Notes: generated by a model from the sequence alone, not told the origin. A stretch of 64,000 bases of DNA from Verrucomicrobiota bacterium (GCA_038209745.1 JBBQXJ010000002.1:30119-94118); one strand, 5' to 3'. Shown: positions 47,924-57,804, counted from the first letter of the stretch. Made by a program: numbers and translations.

Positions 47924-50116
47924 ATGAGCACCTTCAAATACGTCTCGAACCTCTGGAACGACGCCGAAGCCGCCAAACTGACCGGCGCCGACCGGCTCGT
48001 TTATCGTTCCAACAAGCTCGGCAGTGACCAGCGCATCACCAACACCGGCGGTGGCAACACCTCGTCCAAGCTCTCCGAGAAGGACCCGCTCACCGGCCAG
48101 GACACGACCGTGCTCTGGGTGAAGGGTTCCGGCGGCGATCTCCGCACCAGCAAGCTTGAGAACTTCTCGTCGCTGTATCAGGACAAGCTGCTGGGCCTGA
48201 GAGGGATCTACGCCGCCCGCTCCGACAAGGGCCTCAAGTCGCAGGCCGAAGACGACATGGTGGGAATGTTCTCCCACACCACCTTCAACCTGAACCCGCG
48301 CGCCTCGTCCATCGACACGACGCTCCACAGCTTCATTTCCGGCACGTTCGTAGACCACATGCATCCGAACGCCATCATCTCCGTCGCTGCCAGCGCACGT
48401 TGCGTTGAGCTGACGAAGGAGATTTTCGGCGGCGAAATGGCTTACGTGCCCTGGATGCGCCCCGGCTTCGAGCTCGGGCTGGCGATGCAGGAAATCGTGC
48501 AGAAGAATCCGAAGATCAAGGCCATCATGATGGGCCAACACGGCTTCATCTCCTGGGCCGAGGACGACAAGGATTGCTATTTCGCCACGCTCGGATTCAT
48601 CGAGAAGGCCGCCGCCTACATCGAGGCCAAGTATCAGGCCAAAGGTGGCGACGCGACCGCCTTCGGCGGACAGAAATACCAGACGCTTCCCGAGGCGGCC
48701 CGCCGCCAGGCGTTTGCCGCCATTCTCCCATGGTTGCGCGGGCAGGTCAGCCAACACCGCCGCTTAATCGGCACCGTGCAGGACGACGAGAAGATCCTGC
48801 GCTTCGTGAACTCAGCCGACGCCCCGCGCCTGGCCGAACTCGGCACCAGCTGCCCCGACCATTTCCTCCGCACCAAGATCAAGCCGCTCTACGTCGATTG
48901 GAATCCGCAGTTGGAAGACGCCGCCGCGCTCAAGGCGAAGTTGAAGGTCGGCCTCGATCAGTATCGCGAGGACTACGCGACGTATTACGAGAAGTGCAAA
49001 CACGCCAACTCCCCGGCGATGCGCGATGCGAATCCGACGGTCATCCTCATTCCCGGCCTTGGCATGATCGCGTGGGGCAAGGACAAGTCCGAGAGCCGCG
49101 TCACCGCCGAGTTCTACAACTGCGCCGTTGAAGTCATGCGCGGAGCCGAGGCCATCGACCAATACATCGCGCTGCCGCAGCAGGAGGCCTTCGACATCGA
49201 GTATTGGCTGTTGGAAGAAGCGAAGCTGAAGCGCATGCCGGCCGAGAAGGAACTCGCCCGCCAGATCGTCGTCGTCATCGGTGCCGGCTCCGGCATCGGC
49301 AAGGAAACCGCCCATCGTCTCTGCAAAGAAGGCGCGCAGATCGTCTGCGTGGATCTCAACGAAGCCGCCGCCAAGGCCACGGCCGACGAGATCACGGCCA
49401 AGCTGGGGCAGGGGATCGGTGTCGCCGGCAGCGGCATCAGCGGTTGCGGCCCGTCTATCGGGCTCGCGGCCAACATCACCGACCGCGCCAGCATCCGCGT
49501 CATGCTCGACCAGGTCGCGCTGGCCTACGGGGGGTTTGATTCCATCGCCGTCACCGCCGGCATCTTCGTGCCCAGCGACACCACCGGCCACATTCCCGAC
49601 GACAAGTGGGCGCTCACCTTCGGCATCAACGTCACCGGTAGCTATCTCGTGGCCGACGAGGCGTTCAAGACGTGGAAGGAACAGGGTCTGCGCGGCAACC
49701 TAGTCCTGACCACCAGCGCCAACGCCGTCGTGGCCAAGAAGGGCAGCGTGGCCTACGACTGCTCCAAGGCCGCCGCCAACCATCTGGTGCGCGAACTCTC
49801 CATCGAACTCAGCCCGCTGGTCCGCGTGAACGGCGTTGCTCCGGCCACTGTGGTCCAGGGCTCCGCCATGTTCCCGCGCGACCGCGTGATCGGTTCGCTG
49901 GCCAAATACAGCATCCCCTACACGGACGACGAGGCGACCGAATCGCTGGTGAAGAAGCTGGCCCAGTTCTACGCCGACCGGACCCTGACCAAGTCGCCCA
50001 TCACCCCGGCCGACCAAGCCGAAGCCTACTTCTTGCTGGTGACCAATCGCCTCAGCAAAACCACCGGCCAAGTCATCACCGTGGACGGCGGCCTGCACGA
50101 AGCGTTTTTGAGGTAG
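47924..50116 (+). CDS. bifunctional rhamnulose-1-phosphate aldolase / short-chain dehydrogenase (RhaEW type)
   Basis: GGGNTSSK, KGSGGDL, SIDT.LH, DHMHP, GTSCPDHFLRTK, YWLLEEAKL, then SDR GAGSGIG and YDCSK. Confidence 0.95.
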   Translation: MSTFKYVSNLWNDAEAAKLTGADRLVYRSNKLGSDQRITNTGGGNTSSKLSEKDPLTGQDTTVLWVKGSGGDLRTSKLENFSSLYQDKLLGLRGIYAARSDKGLKSQAEDDMVGMFSHTTFNLNPRASSIDTTLHSFISGTFVDHMHPNAIISVAASARCVELTKEIFGGEMAYVPWMRPGFELGLAMQEIVQKNPKIKAIMMGQHGFISWAEDDKDCYFATLGFIEKAAAYIEAKYQAKGGDATAFGGQKYQTLPEAARRQAFAAILPWLRGQVSQHRRLIGTVQDDEKILRFVNSADAPRLAELGTSCPDHFLRTKIKPLYVDWNPQLEDAAALKAKLKVGLDQYREDYATYYEKCKHANSPAMRDANPTVILIPGLGMIAWGKDKSESRVTAEFYNCAVEVMRGAEAIDQYIALPQQEAFDIEYWLLEEAKLKRMPAEKELARQIVVVIGAGSGIGKETAHRLCKEGAQIVCVDLNEAAAKATADEITAKLGQGIGVAGSGISGCGPSIGLAANITDRASIRVMLDQVALAYGGFDSIAVTAGIFVPSDTTGHIPDDKWALTFGINVTGSYLVADEAFKTWKEQGLRGNLVLTTSANAVVAKKGSVAYDCSKAAANHLVRELSIELSPLVRVNGVAPATVVQGSAMFPRDRVIGSLAKYSIPYTDDEATESLVKKLAQFYADRTLTKSPITPADQAEAYFLLVTNRLSKTTGQVITVDGGLHEAFLR

Positions 50117-50119
50117 CCC

Positions 50120-50219
50120 GTAGCCACGCTCGTGAGAGCGCGCCAATTGGTTCGAGACTCGATCAGCGCCGACCGACAAACGGTGGCTACAAATCCCGTA
50201 GCCGCCGACGTCAGTCGGC
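50120..50219. repeat. cluster of three GTAG-type REPs
   Basis: GTAGCCA-CGCTC-GTGA-GAGCG (50120-), inverted GTGGCTAC (50183-50190), GTAGCC-GCCGAC-GTCA-GTCGGC (50198-50219). Confidence 0.75.
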
Positions 50220-50254
50220 CCTAACTCTTTTCCTTGCCCGAGGACGATCACGCC

Positions 50255-50446
50255 ATGCCCAAAAAGCGTTCGTCATTCTCCCACTACCTTCCGCGTCTCA
50301 AGCGCGAGTTCTATCTGGCCGACGCCGTCGTCTTCTGGACCCTTCCCATCGCCCACCGGACCGAGGCTGGCTCAACTTTCGGGGAGCACGCCAAGTTGGC
50401 ACGCATCAAAAACCAAGCAGTTTCGTTTTTTTTGAATGCTGATTAA
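50255..50446 (+). pseudogene. truncated RAYT-type transposase N-terminus
   Basis: HYLPRLKREFY..DAVVFWTLPIAHR then frameshifted GWLN; preceded by GTAG REPs; no HUH part left. Family recalled. Confidence 0.55.
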
Positions 50447-50556
50447 GGCAGCTGCTTCAGGTTGGTTGAGCATTGGATTTCTCGGTGAGGCTTATTGGCG
50501 CGAAACTAGCCCCATTGTTCGAACATTTCGTTACACACACACACATCCGGTTCCGA

Positions 50557-50952
50557 TCAGATAGGGTTTTCCGCCAGACCCTTGGCCCAGCTTTTTTGGC
50601 AGAGATTTCCATCCAGAGTGGCCAGCTTCAGGCCATTTACTGTCGCCAGTCGGGTCAAATGGGCGTCCGAGACGTCACGATGGGTTCCAAGCTCAGGCAG
50701 TGAAGTAGCTGCGGTGCCGTCCGTGACAAATTGGTGGGTCGGCATCTCGACCATCGCCCGCAAAACGCGCTGGGCATCCGCGAACGACGCTCCATAAGCC
50801 GGTCCAATGCTGATCCGGATGAAGCCCATTTGAGTGACGGGACAGGTTGCGAAGGAATCGAGCGAGTCCAGCCATCGGTTGGCGGCGGCGTGGTGCGAAT
50901 GGGCGCTCCAGCCGCACGCCAAGAGCAGGTTCGCGTCTAGCAGATGGCTCAA
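50557..50952 (-). CDS. vapC: PIN-domain toxin (VapC family)
   Basis: LLDANLLLA, H.HH, VSDAHL, LATLD. Confidence 0.9.
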   Translation of the reverse strand: MSHLLDANLLLACGWSAHSHHAAANRWLDSLDSFATCPVTQMGFIRISIGPAYGASFADAQRVLRAMVEMPTHQFVTDGTAATSLPELGTHRDVSDAHLTRLATVNGLKLATLDGNLCQKSWAKGLAENPI

Positions 50953-51200
50953 GGGAAGTCCTCCAGCAGCGTCTTTACCAGTTCAGGCGTCATAGGCGGT
51001 GCTCCTTTGGGAGCGACCAACACCGGTCGGCCAAACTTTCCTTTGATCAACTTGGCCCGCTTGGGTTGGTCACGCTGGATGATCAGCCGCTGGCCTTCCA
51101 TTTTCAGTTCGACCCGATCGCCGGGCTGGAGGTGCAGCGCCCTGCGGATGCTGCTGGGGATGACCAACTGCCCCTTGGTGGACAACGTCGCCGTGCTCAT
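50949..51200 (-). CDS. AbrB/MazE/SpoVT family antitoxin
   Basis: TLSTKGQLVIP..IRRAL.LQPGD; 4-nt overlap with the toxin. Confidence 0.9.
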   Translation of the reverse strand: MSTATLSTKGQLVIPSSIRRALHLQPGDRVELKMEGQRLIIQRDQPKRAKLIKGKFGRPVLVAPKGAPPMTPELVKTLLEDFP

Positions 51201-51220
51201 GCCCGTTTGTCTTACTTGGC

Positions 51221-52792
51221 TTACTCATTTCCGGCAAGCCGACATAGTTGATCCACCCAGCGCATTTGGGTCTTGTTCGGCTGAGCGGGTAGAAGCATCG
51301 GCTTCCGCCCGATCTCCGTCGTCGCGTCCCATTGGTCGAAGTAGAGGTTCTTGCCGTCGACTTCTACTTCGCCGCGCTGGAAGTCGGCGGGTTCGGAGCG
51401 GAGGGATTCTTTGGGCGGGAAGAGTTCGCGGCCCCAGTCGAGGTTCACGATCATCCGGTAGCTGTCCTGGTGGCCGCAGTAGAAGTCGGCGATGCGGGGA
51501 TCGTCCGACTCCTGCACGCCATAGGAAGCGTCGGCGGGGAGCCAGCCCCAGGGCGCGATGTAGATCTCGGACCAGTCGTGCATGCCAGATTGGCTGGGCT
51601 CGGTCTCGTAGCCGCTCTGCCAGCGGGCCGGGACGCCGGCGATGCGGCACATCGTCACGAAGACGGAGCTCTGCACGCCGCAGTCGCCGCGGCGGTCGGT
51701 GAAGCCTTTGAGGGCGAGGGACGGGATGATGCAATACTCGTCCTCCGCGTTCCACGGGACGTTGGCGCTGACCCAGCGGAAGATGCGGCGGGCTTTGGCC
51801 AGCGCGTTGGTTTCCTGGCCGATGATAGTGGCGACTTGGGTGCGGATTTCCGGGGTGAAAACGAGATGGGGTGGACGCTCGTTCAAACAAGCTCCGTCCC
51901 AATCGGCAGGCAGCGGCTGCACTTTCGCTTCGTCGAGCCGGGGATAGTAGGCAAAGGAGTCGAAACTTAGGACCAGCTTGAACTCGATCGGTCTCGTCGG
52001 ATCGGCGACGCGTTGCTCGAAGTAGACTGTGCGTTGGGCCCCGGCGGTGACGGGATTCCCGTCCTTGCCATTGGGGGCGATCTGTTTTGGCTCGGGCGTG
52101 GCGCGGATGAGTTTGACGTTGTGCTGCTGGCGGTATTCTTGGGGAAACGGCAGCCAAGCCCGGACGAGCGAACCGGTCCTGATGCCCGGCGTGTTCGCCG
52201 GAATCGTCAGGGTGTGGGTGACCTCGTGATGGACAGGCTGGACTTCGGTTCGGCCAGTGCGGTCCGCTTCGGCCACGATCTCTTTCAGATGATCGCCGAG
52301 TTTCCACTCGCGTTCAGGCGGCGCATTGCCCGCCTGTTTGCGGCGCGTTTTGGCCTCGTCGCAGAAGAGAAAAATGTTCTGGGACGCGCGGCGGAAGAAC
52401 CGCTTTTGGCCGTCGATCATCCTGTGGCGGGCATGGCTCGCCTTGGCCCAGCGGTCGACTTCGCTCGCGGTGGCTTCGGGCACCGACTGCTTGACGTTGG
52501 CCAGCAGACCGTCGGCATCCAACGAATACTCGACCCGGATGCGCCGGACGATCTCGGCGGCTTCGCTTCGATCCCGCAGGGCTTTCGGGTCCCCTGTCTT
52601 GGAGCTTGCGGCGAGCTGGGATCCGGCTTCCTTGAACCGGCCCTTCTCCAGCAGCGCGAAGGCCCTGGTCACGACCGGGTCTTTGGAAGTGAAAGCCGAC
52701 GAAGCCCCCGACGGCTCGTTTGCCGGGGCCGAGTTGGCGGCTGCCGTCATCAGGATCAATGCGCCAGCCAGAAGAATTGAGGTCGGCCTCAT
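51221..52792 (-). CDS. secreted transglutaminase-like protein
   Basis: Signal peptide; GDCG (Cys), GVPARW, HDWSEIY (His), WLPAD (Asp) triad. Confidence 0.88.
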   Translation of the reverse strand: MRPTSILLAGALILMTAAANSAPANEPSGASSAFTSKDPVVTRAFALLEKGRFKEAGSQLAASSKTGDPKALRDRSEAAEIVRRIRVEYSLDADGLLANVKQSVPEATASEVDRWAKASHARHRMIDGQKRFFRRASQNIFLFCDEAKTRRKQAGNAPPEREWKLGDHLKEIVAEADRTGRTEVQPVHHEVTHTLTIPANTPGIRTGSLVRAWLPFPQEYRQQHNVKLIRATPEPKQIAPNGKDGNPVTAGAQRTVYFEQRVADPTRPIEFKLVLSFDSFAYYPRLDEAKVQPLPADWDGACLNERPPHLVFTPEIRTQVATIIGQETNALAKARRIFRWVSANVPWNAEDEYCIIPSLALKGFTDRRGDCGVQSSVFVTMCRIAGVPARWQSGYETEPSQSGMHDWSEIYIAPWGWLPADASYGVQESDDPRIADFYCGHQDSYRMIVNLDWGRELFPPKESLRSEPADFQRGEVEVDGKNLYFDQWDATTEIGRKPMLLPAQPNKTQMRWVDQLCRLAGNE

Positions 52793-53234
52793 TGGCGGAA
52801 GAGTCTGGGTTCGTGTTCGAAGTGGAGATGCCCCCCGGATTGGGGAAGTCCAATGACGATTACCGCGCAACCGGCGCGGCGAACATTTCCCCGCGACCCG
52901 AGTCCACGCAGACGACGGCGGTGGGTCTGAACGCCCGCTTCCGTGGATTCGGGGCGAGTTGACCGGATCAAGAGGAGCGGTTTCAGGGCGGGGAGTCGAA
53001 CATCCGGCCCGGTCGGAGCAGGCGCGGGTGAACGCGGCCAAGATCCACGCGGCGGATCCGGCCGGCTTCTTCCAAATGCCTGGGATGCGCTGTCTGGAGG
53101 GCGGTTGAAGGAAACGTTTCTCTATGTGAACCAGCCTAGTGCGTTGGTGCCGGAGGCATCCGGACGGGAGGCGACGATTCGTGCGATCGGGCAGTCGGAC
53201 TCGACGCCGGGTGGGAAGTGATCCTGGCAAATGA

Positions 53235-53263
53235 AAGCCGCCGGGAGGAACTCCCGGCGGCTT
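53235..53263 (-). terminator. intrinsic terminator of tal
   Basis: AAGCCGCCGGGAG-GAA-CTCCCGGCGGCTT 13-bp stem, T-rich tail on the minus strand. Confidence 0.8.
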
Positions 53264-53287
53264 CGAAGAACGATTCTGCGTTGACGA

Positions 53288-54253
53288 CTACAGCCCGAGC
53301 TTGGGCCCGATGGCCTTCTCCAGCTTGATGGTGTCGATGCCGAACTGGCGGATGCCTTCGGCGAGCTTCTCGGTCGCCATGGGGTCTTCGTTGTGCATCC
53401 AGCGGAACGACTTTTCGTCGAGGTGGATCTTGGCGTCTTTGTTGACGGAAGTCGCCTTGGAGGCGTCGAGCTTGCGGGTGAGTTCGCCGGTGCCCTTTTG
53501 GAGTTCTTCCAAAAGCTGCGGGCTGATGGTCAGGAGGTCGCAGCCGGCGAGTTCGGTGATTTCACCGAGGTTGCGGAAGGAGGCGCCCATGACCTCGGTC
53601 TTGTAGCCGTGGGTCTTGTAGTAGTTGTAGATGCGGGTGACGGAAACGACTCCGGGATCTTCGGCCGGGGCGTAGTCGGTCTTGCCGGTGCTCTTCTTGT
53701 GCCAGTCGAGAATGCGGCCGACGAAGGGAGAGATGAGCTGGACGCCCGCCTCGGCACAGGCGATGGCTTGGGCGAAGGAGAAAAGAAGGGTGAGGTTGCA
53801 GTTGATGCCTTCCTTCTTCAGCACTGCAGCGGCCTGGATGCCTTCCCAGGTGGAGGCGAGCTTGATCAAGACGCGTTCGCGGGAGATGCCGGCGGCGTCG
53901 TAGAGGCCGATGAGCTTGCGCGCTTTGGCGAGGGAGCCTTCGTAGTCGAAGCTCAGGCGGGCGTCGACCTCGGTGGAGACACGATGGGGGACGATCTTGA
54001 GGATTTCGACGCCGAACGCGACCGAGAGCCGGTCGAGGGCGTCTTCGAGGCGCTGCGGGCCAGTGAGACTTGCGGGGACGGACTTCAGGGTCGCGTCGAT
54101 CAGCTCGGCGTATTCCGGCATGGTCGCGGCCTTGAGGAGCAGGCTGGGATTGGTCGTAGCGTCACGCGGGGTGTATTTCCGCATGGCGGCGAAGTCGCCG
54201 GTGTCTGCCACGATGAGGCTGAAGTTTTTGATCTGGGTGAGGAGGTCGTTCAT
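53288..54253 (-). CDS. tal: transaldolase
   Basis: [47 protein letters not shown]. Confidence 0.97.
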   Translation of the reverse strand: MNDLLTQIKNFSLIVADTGDFAAMRKYTPRDATTNPSLLLKAATMPEYAELIDATLKSVPASLTGPQRLEDALDRLSVAFGVEILKIVPHRVSTEVDARLSFDYEGSLAKARKLIGLYDAAGISRERVLIKLASTWEGIQAAAVLKKEGINCNLTLLFSFAQAIACAEAGVQLISPFVGRILDWHKKSTGKTDYAPAEDPGVVSVTRIYNYYKTHGYKTEVMGASFRNLGEITELAGCDLLTISPQLLEELQKGTGELTRKLDASKATSVNKDAKIHLDEKSFRWMHNEDPMATEKLAEGIRQFGIDTIKLEKAIGPKLGL

Positions 54254-54269
54254 GGGAAGAGACAAACGT

Positions 54270-54834
54270 ATTTCGGCGACGCGGCCAACTGCAATTCAGA
54301 TTCAGGACCGGTTGGACGGAGCCGGGGCAGGGACAAGGGCAGAAACGTTCTATCAATCCTGTCGCAAGACGTCGTCAAGCCCGATTCGGACCGTGGTCTC
54401 TACGACTCGGAATTCACCAAGCTGAAGTCCTACGTCAACGACGCGGCGACTCCCACACCGGAAGCAGTGGTGCCTTCGCGATGGCGGGAGTGGATCTCAC
54501 CGGTTCGTCCGATGCGGCGGCCATGGGATCGGGCTCCGCTTTCGCGTCAACCACAGCGGCCACAACGGCGCTGACAACCGTACAGGGTGCCATCACCAGG
54601 TTGGCGACGGACCGAGCTCAAATCGCTGCGAACGTTGCGCGCTTGAAATGCACCCGCGAACAATCGGGCATCCGCTGGGACGACCTATCGCGGGCCAACA
54701 GCCGCATCAAAAAGGTGGACGTGGTCGAGGAAAGCACGCGGTTTGCGCGATACAACAGCCTGGTCCAAGCAGGAGCGGCGATGTTGCCGCAGCTGAACCG
54801 GACCCCGGAAGGCGTATTGCGTCCGCTCCAATAA
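54270..54834 (+). pseudogene. 5'-truncated, frameshifted flagellin paralog
   Basis: LSILSQDVVKPDSDRGLYDSEFTKLKSY aligns to FliC LSVLSQDVTKSDSDRGLYNKEFTELKTY; ORF 54481-54834 is about 60-65% identical by hand to the FliC C-terminus. Confidence 0.9.
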
Positions 54835-54928
54835 AAGACGACGAGCCCCTGAACGGTCCGGCACACCCGGTCGACGCGTAACCGGGTCGACCCGGTTCCT
54901 TTTTCCGGTTGTATGCAAAAGAGCGTTC

Positions 54929-54955
54929 TAAAGTATTTCGAGAGGGAGCCGATTG
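54929..54955 (+). promoter_or_regulatory. sigma-28 (FliA) promoter of fliC
   Basis: TAAAGTAT-N11-GCCGATTG. Confidence 0.85.
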
Positions 54956-54960
54956 ATATG

Positions 54961-55096
54961 TTGACCGCAAGGTCAGGGTTCCGGAGCCCGAAACTCACCG
55001 GACGGGATAAGGTGATGCCCGCAATGAAATTCACCCGTGGCATGGATGCCACGTCAAAGTCCCTCTTCGGAGGGGCGACTCACGGAAAGAGTCCTT
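54961..55096 (+). promoter_or_regulatory. structured flagellin 5' leader with CsrA-type GGA hairpins
   Basis: Six consecutive hairpins; CGTGGCA-TGGA-TGCCACG and GACTC-ACGGAAA-GAGTC present ANGGA in loops. Confidence 0.7.
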
Positions 55097-55921
55097 ATGG
55101 TCATTAATACAAACATTTCGGCCCAGAGCAGCGCTCGTCTTCTCTCCGAATCATCCTCAATGCTGGCCAAGTCGCTGGCGCGACTGTCGTCCGGCTCCAA
55201 GATCGTCTCCCCCGAGGATGACGCCGCTGGATTGGCAGTGTCCCAGCGTTTCGACGCTCAGATCAACCGCACTCAGGCTGCCAAGAGCAACATCGGCAAT
55301 GCGGTCTCCTTCAACCAGACTCAGGATGGTTTCCTGCAGAAGGTGGGCAAGGCGCTCGATCGTATGAGCGAACTGTCCGTTCTTTCGCAGGACGTCACCA
55401 AGTCCGACTCGGATCGCGGCCTCTATAACAAGGAGTTCACCGAGCTCAAGACCTACATCACCAACACGGCGACGAAGGACTTCAACGGGGTCAGCCTCTT
55501 CAGCGGCACAGCACTGTCGGTCACTACCGATGGCGACACCAGCGGAGGAACGTCCGGAGCCTTCTCGATGACCGGAGTTGATCTTAGCGCCACCTCGTAT
55601 TCGAGTGCGACCGGTTCGACTTCGAACGTCTCCACCACCACCGGTGCGGCCACGGCTCTGACGAATGTCAAAGCCGCGATCACCCAGCTAGCCACCGATC
55701 GCGCGCAGCTCGGCGCCAATATCGCCCGTCTGAACTTCACCAACGACCAGTTGGGCGTCCTCAAGGACAACATCTCCGCTGCAAACAGCCGCATCAAAGA
55801 TGTGGATGTAGCGGATGAAAGCACCAAATTTGCCCGATACAACATCTTGGTCCAGGCAGGCACCGCGATGTTGGCCCAGGCAAACCAACAACCGCAAGCG
55901 GCCCTCCGTCTGCTACAATAA
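55097..55921 (+). CDS. fliC: flagellin (short, 274 aa)
   Basis: MVINTN, RLSSG, DDAAGLA, FNG, SRIKDVDVA.E, MLAQAN..PQ..L.LL. Confidence 0.97.
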   Translation: MVINTNISAQSSARLLSESSSMLAKSLARLSSGSKIVSPEDDAAGLAVSQRFDAQINRTQAAKSNIGNAVSFNQTQDGFLQKVGKALDRMSELSVLSQDVTKSDSDRGLYNKEFTELKTYITNTATKDFNGVSLFSGTALSVTTDGDTSGGTSGAFSMTGVDLSATSYSSATGSTSNVSTTTGAATALTNVKAAITQLATDRAQLGANIARLNFTNDQLGVLKDNISAANSRIKDVDVADESTKFARYNILVQAGTAMLAQANQQPQAALRLLQ

Positions 55922-55950
55922 GTAGTCGGTCCGGTTACTTCGGTGGTTTC

Positions 55951-55982
55951 AGTCCGGCCGGCGCGTGAGCGCCGGCCGGACT
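55951..55982 (+). terminator. strong hairpin after fliC (terminator or 3' stabiliser)
   Basis: AGTCCGGCCGGCGC-GTGA-GCGCCGGCCGGACT 14-bp stem; weak U tract. Confidence 0.7.
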
Positions 55983-56032
55983 CTTGATCAGAGAGAGGGT
56001 GCCGATTCCCGGCCGGCGGAGCGGGGAATGCC

Positions 56033-56060
56033 TCAAGCTTTTGAAGGATTCTCCCGATAA
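56033..56060 (+). promoter_or_regulatory. sigma-28 promoter of fliD
   Basis: TCAAGCTT-N12-CCCGATAA, 22 nt before the ATG. Confidence 0.7.
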
Positions 56061-56082
56061 CCTGAGTGGAGCAAAATAGTTT

Positions 56083-57786
56083 ATGGCAGATTTAAGCCTA
56101 GCGGGACTGGCCTCGGGCCTGGATTGGAAGACGCTGGTCGACCAGTTGGTTTCGATTGAACGGGCGCCACAAACGGCCATGGCGACCGAGCAGTCGAAGA
56201 TTCGCACGCAGTCCACCGCGTACAAGTCGATCCAGAATTCGGTCAGTGCCTTGAAGCTGAAAACGGACGCGCTTTCGCAGTCCGATCTGTTTTCGACGCG
56301 CACGGCTTCCTCGACCGATTCCAGCGTGCTCACCGCCAGCACCGTGGCGGGGGCTTCCGTGGGCAACTACAAGATCACGGTCGGTCAATTGTCCAAGTCG
56401 GCGGTGCAGCAAGGATCTTCCGACGTTGGCAGTTCCCTGAGCGCGACGAACGACGTCTCCGCTCTCAAGCTATCCGACGCGGGCTTCAGCACGGCGGTCT
56501 CCGCGGGCAAGTTCACCGTCAACGGCAAGGAAATCACTCTCGCGACCAGCGACTCCCTCCAGGATGTGTTCGACAAGGTGAGCATGGCGACCGGTGGCGT
56601 GGTGAACGGCAGCTACGACGCCGCTTCGGACAAGGTTTCATTCTCCAGTTCCGGACCGCTTCTCCTCGGCGCCACGACCGATACCAGCAATTTTCTCCAG
56701 GTCGCCAAACTCTACAACAACCCCAGCGGCACCGGGTCGGTGAGCAGCGCTTCCAGGTTGGGATCGGTGAGGCTCGACCAGAAGCTGGACTCCGCCAATT
56801 TCGCGACCACGATCACCGACGGCGGCGCGGGAGTCTTCAAGGTAAACGGAGTCGAGATCGCCTTCAGTGCGTCGACCGACTCCGTGAGCGATCTGCTCAA
56901 GCGGATCAACAATTCCACGGCAGGGGTCACCGCCTCCTATGACTCGGTCAACGATCGTTTGAGTCTGACGAACAAGACGGGGGGGGACGTCGGCATCTCG
57001 CTCGAAGATGTGAGCGGCAATTTTCTCTCCGCCAGCGGTCTCAGCGGCGGCACTTTGGTCCGGGGCAAGGATCTGCAATACACCGTGAACGACGGTCCGA
57101 CGCTCTATTCCCGGGGGAACGTGATCGGGGAGGAATCTTCCGGAATACCGGGATTGAGCGTGACGGTCGCAAAGGAAGGGACGGCGAGCGTCGATGTGTC
57201 CGCCAACACAGGCGGGGTCAAGACAGCCATCAACGACTTTCTTACCGCCTACAATTCGCTGCAGGACACGATCGATACCTACACCAGGAGCTCTACGGAC
57301 TCGTCCGGCAAGGTCACCGCTTCGGCACTGTCCAACGACAACGACGCCACCGATATCGGCACCTATCTGAGGAGGAATGCGTTTGGGAGCGTCTCCGGAC
57401 TCTCCGGCACGATCAACCGGCTCGAAAAGCTCGGGATCTCCTCCAACGGAAGCGACAACAAGCTGGCTTTGGTCGACAGCACGAAGCTTGACGACGTCCT
57501 GGCCAACAAACTGTCGGACGTGGAGTCGTTTTTCTCCGACAAGGACCACGGATTGGCCGTAGGAATTTCTGCATATCTGGGCCGGACCGTGGGTGAAGAC
57601 GGTTTGTTGCCGGGCAAGCAGACCCGATACACGGACCGGATCGCCAGTCTCGATGTCCAGATCGCGGCCCAAGAGCTGCAGGTTCAGGCAAGGAAGGCGC
57701 AGTGGCTTGCCGCGTTCCAAGCCATGGAGACGGCCCAAGCCAAATCCAACCAGCAACTCGCCTATCTGACCAAGAGCTTCGGTTGA
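56083..57786 (+). CDS. fliD: flagellar filament cap protein FliD
   Basis: GLASGLDW..LVDQL..IERAP N-terminus, V.QL, F..AYN, QF/AF.AME..N.Q C-terminus; directly downstream of fliC. Confidence 0.93.
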   Translation: MADLSLAGLASGLDWKTLVDQLVSIERAPQTAMATEQSKIRTQSTAYKSIQNSVSALKLKTDALSQSDLFSTRTASSTDSSVLTASTVAGASVGNYKITVGQLSKSAVQQGSSDVGSSLSATNDVSALKLSDAGFSTAVSAGKFTVNGKEITLATSDSLQDVFDKVSMATGGVVNGSYDAASDKVSFSSSGPLLLGATTDTSNFLQVAKLYNNPSGTGSVSSASRLGSVRLDQKLDSANFATTITDGGAGVFKVNGVEIAFSASTDSVSDLLKRINNSTAGVTASYDSVNDRLSLTNKTGGDVGISLEDVSGNFLSASGLSGGTLVRGKDLQYTVNDGPTLYSRGNVIGEESSGIPGLSVTVAKEGTASVDVSANTGGVKTAINDFLTAYNSLQDTIDTYTRSSTDSSGKVTASALSNDNDATDIGTYLRRNAFGSVSGLSGTINRLEKLGISSNGSDNKLALVDSTKLDDVLANKLSDVESFFSDKDHGLAVGISAYLGRTVGEDGLLPGKQTRYTDRIASLDVQIAAQELQVQARKAQWLAAFQAMETAQAKSNQQLAYLTKSFG

Positions 57787-57804
57787 TCCCGAAGCTCTGG
57801 CCGG

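Noticed and set aside
52800-53225. ORF or remnant between the transglutaminase-like gene and tal
   Set aside because: Looks like degraded coding DNA but no family could be assigned.
54961-55096. c-di-GMP riboswitch in the flagellin leader
   Set aside because: Lacks the class I GCAAA..GAAA..GACGCAAAG core and class II signatures; a GGA-loop hairpin array explains it better.
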